A stretch of DNA of 23,482 bases, from positions 38,720-62,201 of the forward strand of contig JAWLEP010000015.1 of NCBI GenBank assembly GCA_041686025.1, written 5' to 3'. Numbering within the stretch: the stretch's first letter is position 1; each line of letters begins with the position of its first letter. Source of the DNA: Candidatus Fermentibacteraceae bacterium. GTDB taxonomy: Bacteria; Fermentibacterota; Fermentibacteria; Fermentibacterales; JCC-6. The position numbers and the translations under genes are program-made. The notes below the pieces were generated by a model. The model ran no database searches and had not been told where the DNA came from. It saw nothing but the letters and a program-made list of their open reading frames with translations. Positions 17,097 to 23,482 of this stretch are shown in pieces.

Positions 17097-17584
17097 TACT
17101 CGCCGCCCTTCACGGTCTTCCGAATGTGAGCCAGCAGGCCGCCGTCCTCCAGTATCTCCAGCATCTCGTCGGGAAGTGCGGGGAAGTCGAAATCCTCTCC
17201 GCCCACGGTGACCACGCCCCGCCCGGGGTCCACCTCCACCTCGTCACCGGGGCTGTAGGCTTCCACGGCCTCGGGGCTCTCCACCAGGAGCAGGCCCTGG
17301 TTTATGGCGCTGCGGTAGAATATCCTGGCGAAGGACCGGGCTATCACGGCCTCCACACCCACGTAGCGCAGCCCCACCGAGGGCTGCTCGCGGCTGGAGC
17401 CGCAGCCGAAGTTCCTTCCGGCCATCAGCACGTCCCCCGGCTGCACCTTCCCGGCGAACTCCGGGTCCAGGTCCTCCAGCAGGTGCTCCCTTATCTCGGG
17501 GCCGGTGGAGCACTTGTACGTGTACTTGCCCGGAAAGAGCAGATCGGTGTTGATGTCGTCGCGGTCGTAGTAGTGAACGGCCAT
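17096..17584 (-). CDS. 3-isopropylmalate dehydratase / homoaconitase small subunit (LeuD/HacB type)
   Basis: DDINTDLLFPGKY, AGRNFGCGSSREQ, IARSFARIFYRSAINQGL and ILEDGGLL. Confidence 0.93.
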   Translation of the reverse strand: MAVHYYDRDDINTDLLFPGKYTYKCSTGPEIREHLLEDLDPEFAGKVQPGDVLMAGRNFGCGSSREQPSVGLRYVGVEAVIARSFARIFYRSAINQGLLLVESPEAVEAYSPGDEVEVDPGRGVVTVGGEDFDFPALPDEMLEILEDGGLLAHIRKTVKGGE

Positions 17585-17585
17585 T

Positions 17586-18842
17586 CTAACGCACCTCCCT
17601 GGGGTCGGCTATGTAACCGGCGATGGCGGTGGCGGCCGCTGTCTCGGCGCTGCCCAGCCAGATCTCGGCCTCCTTCTCGCCCATCCTCCCCTGGAAGTTC
17701 CGGTTGGCGGTGGAGAGGCACCTCTCCCCCGGGGCCAGGGCCCCCATGTGGGCCCCCAGGCAGGGGCCGCATCCGGGCGGGATCACCATGGCCCCGGCCT
17801 CCACGAACCTGGCCAGGAGACCGGCCCGGTCGGCCTTGAGGTAGACCTCCCTGGAGGCGGGGCCCACTATCATCCTGACGTTCCCGTGCACCGGGGCCTC
17901 CCCCATTACGTCCAGGGCGGCCTCCAGGTCATCCAGCCTGCCGTTGGTGCAGGTGCCCAGGAAGACCTGGTCCACCTCTACCTTACCCAACTCGGAGATG
18001 GGTGCCACGTTGTCCACGTTGTGCGGCATGGCCACCACAGGCTCCAGCTCCTCCAGGTCGTACTCACGGACCTGGCAGAACTCCGCGTCCACGTCGCTCC
18101 ACATGGTCTGCGTGGCGTCCGGACCCCTGTTGCGCAGGTACTCCTGCGTGACCCGGTCCACGGGGAAAACCGCCAGCTTCGCCCCCATCTCTATGCCCAT
18201 GTTGGCCATGGTCATCCGGTCCGACATCCGCAGGCTGCCGATGGCGGGGCCGTGGAACTCCACCGCCATGTAGTTGGCGCCGTCGGCGCCCATGTCGCCG
18301 ATTATCCTCAGGATCAGGTCCTTGGCGGAGACCCTGCCCACCAGGTGCCCCGTCATCTCGATGGACACGGTGGGCGGCACCTTGAACCAGGTCTTGCCCG
18401 TGATCCACAGTCCCGCCGCCTCTGTCCGGTCGATGCCGGCGGCGAAGGCGTTGAAGGCGCCGTAGGTGCAGGTGTGGCTGTCGCTGCCCACGATAACGGC
18501 CCCGGGGGACACCAGCCCCATCTCGGGAAGGACCTGATGGCAGATCCCGGTCCCCGCGTCGTAGAAGTGCTCTATTCCCTGCTCCCTCACGAACCGCCGT
18601 ATCTTGGCGTGCCCGGCGGCGTTCTTGCTTGAGGCCGCCGGAACCACGTGGTCCAGCACGATGGCCAGCCTGTCGGGGTAGCGCACCCTCCCCCCCGGTA
18701 CGGTTGACTCGAACTTGTCTATGATGGCGGCGGTGTTGTCGTGGGTCAGGACGTAGTCGGGCTCCACGAATACTATGTCCCCGACCTCGAGGTCCCTCCC
18801 AGACTCACGGCCCAGTATCTTCTGGGCAAAGGTCTTACCCAT
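17586..18842 (-). CDS. 3-isopropylmalate dehydratase / homoaconitase large subunit (LeuC type 2/HacA), [4Fe-4S]
   Basis: LDHVVP, GICHQV, GSDSHTCTYGA, GTCTNGR, CGPCLG and STANRNFQGRMG. Confidence 0.95.
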   Translation of the reverse strand: MGKTFAQKILGRESGRDLEVGDIVFVEPDYVLTHDNTAAIIDKFESTVPGGRVRYPDRLAIVLDHVVPAASSKNAAGHAKIRRFVREQGIEHFYDAGTGICHQVLPEMGLVSPGAVIVGSDSHTCTYGAFNAFAAGIDRTEAAGLWITGKTWFKVPPTVSIEMTGHLVGRVSAKDLILRIIGDMGADGANYMAVEFHGPAIGSLRMSDRMTMANMGIEMGAKLAVFPVDRVTQEYLRNRGPDATQTMWSDVDAEFCQVREYDLEELEPVVAMPHNVDNVAPISELGKVEVDQVFLGTCTNGRLDDLEAALDVMGEAPVHGNVRMIVGPASREVYLKADRAGLLARFVEAGAMVIPPGCGPCLGAHMGALAPGERCLSTANRNFQGRMGEKEAEIWLGSAETAAATAIAGYIADPREVR

Positions 18843-18897
18843 GCCTTGGCTCCCTCCGAACGGTTCGCGGCTGCAGACCCGGCATACTGTAGACCGA

Positions 18898-18926
18898 ATT
18901 ATACATCCGGTTCCCCCGACAGTGAA
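18898..18926 (-). promoter_or_regulatory. Putative promoter for the hydro-lyase operon
   Basis: Minus strand TTCACT (18926-18921), 17-nt spacer, TATAAT (18903-18898). Confidence 0.6.
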
Positions 18927-18941
18927 GTAGGGTCCCGCCGG

Positions 18942-18959
18942 CCGGGTTCCGGAACCCGG
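18942..18959. promoter_or_regulatory. 18-bp perfect palindrome between divergent promoters, candidate operator
   Basis: CCGGGTTCCGGAACCCGG is its own reverse complement. Confidence 0.45.
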
Positions 18960-18961
18960 GG

Positions 18962-18990
18962 TTGAGACCGGGCGTTCCCCGCCGTAGTAT
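18962..18990 (+). promoter_or_regulatory. Putative promoter for the FAD oxidoreductase
   Basis: TTGAGA (18962-18967), 17-nt spacer, TAGTAT (18985-18990). Confidence 0.55.
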
Positions 18991-19037
18991 CGTCAGACAC
19001 CGCGAGAGCAACGGAGGACCCGCGCCAGAGGGGGCAG

Positions 19038-20507
19038 ATGCGACTTCTGAGGGGCCGCGAAGAGGTGGCCGAGCAGGCGGCCGACCTCCTGGCCGACGAG
19101 AGCAGCCTCTCGGGAGGCTGGGCGGTGGAGGCGGCCTGGCCGGCGAACCCGGAGGAGGCCTCCGGCTACCTGCGCGACCTTGCCCGTCGGGGGATCCCCG
19201 CCACACCTTCCGGTGCCCTCACCGGAATTGCCGCCGGGGCGGTCCCGGAGGGGGGAGCCGTGTTATCGACCTCCCAGATGAAGAACATCGAGTACCTGGG
19301 GGACCGGCTGCTGCGGGTGGGAGCCGGGGTAACCCTCGACGAGATAGACCGGTACCTGGCCCGGCAGTCGCTCCCCCTCTTCTACCCCCCGGACCCCACG
19401 GAGACCACCGCCAGCATAGGCGGCACGCTGGCCACCGACGCCTCCGGGTCGGACAGCTACCTCTACGGCTCCACCAGGCACTGGGTGGAGGCGGCGGAGA
19501 TGGTCCTCCCCGACGGGGAGCGGCTGAGCCTCTCCCGGGGCGACCGCACGTTCCGTGAGGGCTCCTGTGACGTTCCCGGAGCGGGCCCGGTGCGGCTGCC
19601 CGAAACCGTCCGGCCGCCGCTGCCCAAGAACGCCGCCGGCTACTGGATCAGGCCCGGGATGGACCTGGTGGACCTGCTCATAGGCTCGGAGGGAACCCTG
19701 GGCGTGTTCACAGGAGCCACGCTGGTCCTGCGGCCGAAGCCCCATTCCCTGGTGGACCTGGCCGTCTTCCCCCAATCGATGGATGCTTTCTGGGACCTCT
19801 TCGATTCGCTGCTGGCCGTGGAGTCCCGGGTCAGGGCGGTGGAGATGATGGACGGCCCCTGCATCGACCTCCTGCGGCGGCATCCCCCCGAGGGTCTGCC
19901 GGAGCTCCCGGAGGCCGCCGCCGTGCTGCTGCTGCGGGCGGAGGCGGAGGACGAGGCCGGCCTGGACGCCCTTCTGGAAGAGCTGGACGGGGTCCTCTCC
20001 GCCGCCGGCATCCCCCTGGACGAGACCTGGGGCGGTTTCGAGGAGACCGAGCACCGCCGCATGGTGGAGCTTCGGCACAGCCTGCCGGAGACGGTGAACG
20101 AGCTGGTCTCCCGGGCCAGGCGGGACGATCCTGCGGTCCACAAGCTGGGCTCCGACGCCGCGGTGGACGCCGCCGCCGCGCGGCAGCTCTACCAGGGAAC
20201 CCGCGACATCCTGGAGGACATGGAGCTCCCCCACCTGGTCTTCGGCCACGTGGGCCAGGGCCACCTGCACGCAAACGTAATCCCCCGGAGCCGCCGGCAG
20301 CTGGAGGCCGGAGAGGCCGCCATGCGACGCATAGCGGCCCTGGCGGCCGGTATGGGGGGCACCGTCTCCGCCGAGCACGGGCTGGGCCGGCTCAAGGCCT
20401 CCTTCCTTGAGCTCATGCTGTCTCCCGAGGAGCTGGCGGGCATGCGCGATATCCGCCGAGCCTTCGACCCCCACGGCCTCCTCTGCCCCGCGGTGACGTG
20501 GGCCTAG
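19038..20507 (+). CDS. FAD-linked oxidoreductase, D-2-hydroxyacid dehydrogenase / GlcD family (VAO/PCMH fold)
   Basis: SGALTG, FYPPDPT, SIGGTLATDASG, KNAAGY, LIGSEGTLG, and C-terminal FGHVGQGHLH and AEHGLG metal/catalytic motifs. Confidence 0.92.
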   Translation: MRLLRGREEVAEQAADLLADESSLSGGWAVEAAWPANPEEASGYLRDLARRGIPATPSGALTGIAAGAVPEGGAVLSTSQMKNIEYLGDRLLRVGAGVTLDEIDRYLARQSLPLFYPPDPTETTASIGGTLATDASGSDSYLYGSTRHWVEAAEMVLPDGERLSLSRGDRTFREGSCDVPGAGPVRLPETVRPPLPKNAAGYWIRPGMDLVDLLIGSEGTLGVFTGATLVLRPKPHSLVDLAVFPQSMDAFWDLFDSLLAVESRVRAVEMMDGPCIDLLRRHPPEGLPELPEAAAVLLLRAEAEDEAGLDALLEELDGVLSAAGIPLDETWGGFEETEHRRMVELRHSLPETVNELVSRARRDDPAVHKLGSDAAVDAAAARQLYQGTRDILEDMELPHLVFGHVGQGHLHANVIPRSRRQLEAGEAAMRRIAALAAGMGGTVSAEHGLGRLKASFLELMLSPEELAGMRDIRRAFDPHGLLCPAVTWA

Positions 20508-20884
20508 GCCGGCCGGTCCGCGGACCCCGCGCCCGGGAGGGGGCCTGCCGCTTCGCCTCCGGCGGGATAAGGCTGGAGCCGGGCTCGGATCCGGCGGAGG
20601 CGGCGGAGCTGCTGGTTCGCCGGCTGAAGATGCGAAAGGCCAGCCACGTCAGCTGGGCCTGCCGCACCCGCTCGGACGGCCGCACCGACGAGGCCAAGAG
20701 CGACGGCGGCGAGAGCGGCGCCGGAAACGTCATACTGGAGGTGCTCCGGAAGGCGGCCGCGGAGAACGTCCTGGTGGCGGTGGCCCGCTGGTACGGCGGC
20801 AAGCACCTGGGCGGCCTGCGCTTCCGCGTCTACAGCAGGCTCACCTCGGGAACGCTCCGGAGGCTCCGCAGACCTTCCTCCTAG
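20498..20884 (+). CDS. YigZ/IMPACT-family (UPF0029) single-domain protein
   Basis: KASHVSWACR, SDGGESGAG and NVLVAVARWYGGKHLGG. The start is uncertain (GTG overlapping the previous gene). Confidence 0.8.
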   Translation: MGLGRPVRGPRAREGACRFASGGIRLEPGSDPAEAAELLVRRLKMRKASHVSWACRTRSDGRTDEAKSDGGESGAGNVILEVLRKAAAENVLVAVARWYGGKHLGGLRFRVYSRLTSGTLRRLRRPSS

Positions 20885-20885
20885 C

Positions 20886-20915
20886 TTGCGTCACCTCCCC
20901 CCCTCCCCCTATCTT
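20886..20915 (+). promoter_or_regulatory. Possible promoter for the riboswitch leader
   Basis: TTGCGT (20886-20891), 18-nt spacer, TATCTT (20910-20915), ending about 7 nt before the riboswitch P1. Confidence 0.4.
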
Positions 20916-20921
20916 CGCTCC

Positions 20922-21094
20922 GTCGGCAGCGTCAGGGAAGCCGGTGAGAGTCCGGCGCGGCCCCGCCGCTGTAACCGGGAGCGAAACCGCTGGTTCAAGC
21001 GCGCCGAAGGCGCGGTTGATACGCCATTCTCGGACCCGTCCGGGGAGAAGGCGCGGTAGTAGTCGGCCCGGAAGCCAGAAGACCTTCTGCCGAC
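20922..21094 (+). ncRNA. Cobalamin (B12) riboswitch
   Basis: Core AGGGAAGCCGGTGAGAGTCCGGCGCGGCCCCGCCGCTGTAA, peripheral GCCA...GAAGGC and B12 box GAAGCCAGAAGACCT. The closing stem is GTCGGCAG (20922-20929)/CTGCCGAC (21087-21094). Confidence 0.93.
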
Positions 21095-21173
21095 TCCTTG
21101 ACGTCACCTTCGCGGGGGGGTGCGGAAGACGGGGTGTCTACTGCATTCAATCGCGGCAGAGCAGGGAGGACGC

Positions 21174-22364
21174 ATGGGCGCACTTCTACTGCTGCCGCTG
21201 TCACTGATCTCGGCCGGCCGGGCCTGGGTAATAAACGGTGACAGCCTGGGCTACGCCGACCTCTCCACCGGCTACGTGGAGCAGGGGGCGCTGGAGCTGG
21301 CCACCTATCCCAACGATCTGACCCTTCACGGCGACTACCTCTACGCGGTGTGCTCCGGCTCGGACGGGCAGGCGCTGCAGCGCATCGATCCGGGCACCAT
21401 GGAGGTGGAGGACCTGGCCATAGGCACCGGATACAACTGCTGGTCGTCGCTTCCCCTGGACGACGGGCATCTGGCGGTATCCGCCGCCCTGGCGGACAGG
21501 GTGGTTATCGTCAACACCGCGAGTTTCACCGTGGAGAGCGAGATCGAAGGCGTGGGGCCCAACCCGGAGGGGATGTGCCTCCGCGGCGACAGCCTCTGGG
21601 TGGCCTGCGGCGGCTGGGGCGCAGACGACAACCTGGTGGTGGTGGACCTGGCAGCGGGGGAGCCGGTGGACACCGTCGCGGTGGGCGTCAACTGCCAGTC
21701 GGTGGCCTGGGACGGAGCAGACGAGCTGGTGGTGGTCTGCAGCGGCGCCTACGGCTCCGGAGAGGGGTCGGTGTCCTTCGTGGACCCCCAGACCATGCAG
21801 GAGACCGAGTCCGTTGCGGTGGGGGGCTTTCCATCCACGCTGCAGATCCGCGGAGGCCGCGCATACGCAGGCGACGGCTGGGGACCGGGGGTCTACGAGG
21901 TGGACGTGGAAACCCACGAGGTACTGCACGACTCCTCCGACCCGCTCTGCCCCGGAGGGACGGGCTTCGGCCTCGACGGCGGCGGCGCCCTCTACGTCTC
22001 AGATGCCGCGGGGGGTGCGGTGACGGTCTACGACGGGGATATGGAGCAGCTGGAGGCGTACCTCTTCTCCAGCCCGACCGCCGTCGCCGTATCCGGCACC
22101 CTGACCGGGGTGGGCGGACCCGGGCCGCAGACGCCCTCCCGGCTGTCCGCAACGCCCTGTCCCGCAGTGAGCACGGTGCGGATAACGGGGGCGGACCCCG
22201 ACGAGCCGGTCATGGTGACCGACCTCGCGGGCCGGGTGGTCGCCCGGGAGCCCTCCGGCCCCGAAGGAACGGCCATCCTGACCGTCTCGGGCCTGGGCAG
22301 CGGGGTCTACCTGGTCCGCAGCGGCCGGGCCTCCACCCGTCTGGTTGTGCTGGGGGGGCGGTAG
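21174..22364 (+). CDS. Secreted YncE/BtuG-like beta-propeller with C-terminal T9SS type-A sorting-like domain (396 aa)
   Basis: SD GGGAGGA then ATG 21174, with a short signal peptide. It has repeated ~40-aa blades (YPNDLTLHGDYLYAVCSG; NPEGMCLRGDSLWVACGG; NCQSVAWDGADELVVVCSG) and the tail TPCPA...VTDLAGRVV...LGSGVYLV...RLVVL. Confidence 0.8.
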   Translation: MGALLLLPLSLISAGRAWVINGDSLGYADLSTGYVEQGALELATYPNDLTLHGDYLYAVCSGSDGQALQRIDPGTMEVEDLAIGTGYNCWSSLPLDDGHLAVSAALADRVVIVNTASFTVESEIEGVGPNPEGMCLRGDSLWVACGGWGADDNLVVVDLAAGEPVDTVAVGVNCQSVAWDGADELVVVCSGAYGSGEGSVSFVDPQTMQETESVAVGGFPSTLQIRGGRAYAGDGWGPGVYEVDVETHEVLHDSSDPLCPGGTGFGLDGGGALYVSDAAGGAVTVYDGDMEQLEAYLFSSPTAVAVSGTLTGVGGPGPQTPSRLSATPCPAVSTVRITGADPDEPVMVTDLAGRVVAREPSGPEGTAILTVSGLGSGVYLVRSGRASTRLVVLGGR

Positions 22365-22365
22365 C

Positions 22366-23202
22366 ATGACCCCGGGGATTCTGGTCCTGCTGGCGGTCCT
22401 GGCCCAGGGGGGCGACCCCTGGGCCGACTGGTCGGAGCTGGTGGAGTACGGGGAGGGCGCCGGCTTCGGCCAGGAGTATTACCCCGGCAACATCCTGGGT
22501 CCCCCCGATCCCGGGGCCACGCCGGAGGTCCCCTCCAGCAGCCCCGAGGAGCTGCTCACCCTGGGAGAGGACGGCTGGGTGGTGCTGGAGTTCACGGACA
22601 ACGTGGTGACCGACGGCCCCGGGCCCGACCTCACCGTCTTCGAGAACGTCATGGAGCTGGGGGGCGGCGACTACTTCCGGGAGTGCGCCTTCGTGGAGGT
22701 GAGCCAGGACGGCCAAACCTGGACCCGCTTCCCCTGGGACCCCCAGACACTGGAGGGCCTGGCGGGGGTGTGGCCCACCACGGGAGAGGACCCCACCGAC
22801 CCGGAGGTCTCCGGCGGCGACCAGTTCGACCTGGCCGACCTGGGCCTTCCCTGGATCACCCACGTCCGGCTGGTGGACTGCGGGGCGGAGGTGGAGGACG
22901 ACGGCCTCTTCGACCTCGACGCCGTGGTGGCCGTCCACTGGGAGACGGCCGTGGAGACTCCGTCAACGGCCGGCCCCGTACTGCGGGCAGGCTCGCCCTT
23001 CCGCTCCAGCCTGACGGTGGAGGTCTCATCCCCCGGTCTGCTGCGGATCTTCTCCGCTGACGGCAGGCTCCTTCAGAGCATGCGTCTGCCTTCCGGGGCC
23101 TCCAGCCTGGATGCCTCTTGCCTTTCCGCCGGATGCTGCCTGCTGCAGTTCGTTCCCGAGGGTTCGGCGGCAGCGGATTGCTGCAGAGCGGTGAAGCTCT
23201 AG
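22366..23202 (+). CDS. Secreted acidic cell-surface protein, BtuH-like domain, with C-terminal sorting-like tail (278 aa)
   Basis: ATG lies 1 nt after the previous stop. Motifs LGPPD, LTLGEDGWVVLEF...DGPGPDLTVFEN...E.AFVEVSQDG..W, GGDQFDLADLG...HVRLVD and FDLDAV, with tail SPFRSSL...IFSADGRLL...LSAG...AVKL. Confidence 0.75.
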   Translation: MTPGILVLLAVLAQGGDPWADWSELVEYGEGAGFGQEYYPGNILGPPDPGATPEVPSSSPEELLTLGEDGWVVLEFTDNVVTDGPGPDLTVFENVMELGGGDYFRECAFVEVSQDGQTWTRFPWDPQTLEGLAGVWPTTGEDPTDPEVSGGDQFDLADLGLPWITHVRLVDCGAEVEDDGLFDLDAVVAVHWETAVETPSTAGPVLRAGSPFRSSLTVEVSSPGLLRIFSADGRLLQSMRLPSGASSLDASCLSAGCCLLQFVPEGSAAADCCRAVKL

Positions 23203-23232
23203 ACCGCCCGGGCCGACCCCGTGGGCCGCAGA

Positions 23233-23262
23233 TTGACCCGACCATCGTCTCGGCAGTATTCT
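23233..23262 (+). promoter_or_regulatory. Putative promoter for the last (partial) gene
   Basis: TTGACC (23233-23238), 18-nt spacer, TATTCT (23257-23262). Confidence 0.45.
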
Positions 23263-23361
23263 CACCTTGTCTTGAGCAGCAGCTGATCCGGCCCCTGGGG
23301 GCCGGTAGGCTATCAGGGGCTTCCGCAGCGAAGCCCGTAAGGAAAGAGGAGGGTTCCCCGC

Positions 23362-23482
23362 ATGTACACACCGTACACTTTCTTCTACGGCATTTGGCTC
23401 TTCGTCATAGGCGTTCTCGCAGCGCCCAACATCATCATTTCCCGCAAGCCCGAAGCCAAGGAGTGGATCGACAAGCTGGTTC
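23362..23482 (+). CDS. Hypothetical membrane protein, 5' part (runs off the window; absent from the ORF track)
   Basis: SD GAGGAGG then ATG 23362: MYTPYTFFYGIWLFVIGVLAAPNIIISRKPEAKEWIDKLV..., open to the window end with strongly biased codons. Confidence 0.75.
   Translation, partial: MYTPYTFFYGIWLFVIGVLAAPNIIISRKPEAKEWIDKLV

Noticed and set aside
18843..18900. Lysine riboswitch, T-box or leu attenuator upstream of the hydro-lyase
   Set aside because: The leader is only about 50 nt after the predicted -10, with no conserved motifs or Leu/Lys-rich leader peptide.

Overview
GC-rich bacterial chromosomal window, mostly housekeeping and accessory metabolism. It has no mobile element, CRISPR array or rRNA. 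Two C-terminal sorting-domain-like tails suggest an FCB-group organism (inference). From left to right: a 109-nt-period tandem repeat whose end is inverted-complementary to the 3' end of the adjacent tRNA-Gly(GCC); a tightly coupled minus-strand operon (parvulin PPIase, RluA/RluD pseudouridine synthase, EcfT-like membrane protein, truA, deoxyhypusine-synthase-like protein, SPOR lipoprotein); a LysN-like PLP aminotransferase; glgC; a DUF2089/SHOCT-like triad; a YchF paralogue with a degenerate G-domain; a GAF-PAS-PAS hybrid histidine kinase interrupted by one in-frame TAG; tRNA-Thr(CGT)-glmM-glmS-YihY, where YihY needs a non-canonical start; a LeuC/LeuD-type hydro-lyase with homoaconitase-like motifs plus a beta-barrel protein; an FAD-linked oxidoreductase and a YigZ/IMPACT protein; and a cobalamin riboswitch. 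The riboswitch controls two secreted proteins (a YncE/BtuG-like beta-propeller and a BtuH-like domain protein) with T9SS-type tails and no transporter in the operon. This is the best candidate for an undescribed system, an extracellular B12-scavenging module. All family calls come from motif recognition, not database searches.
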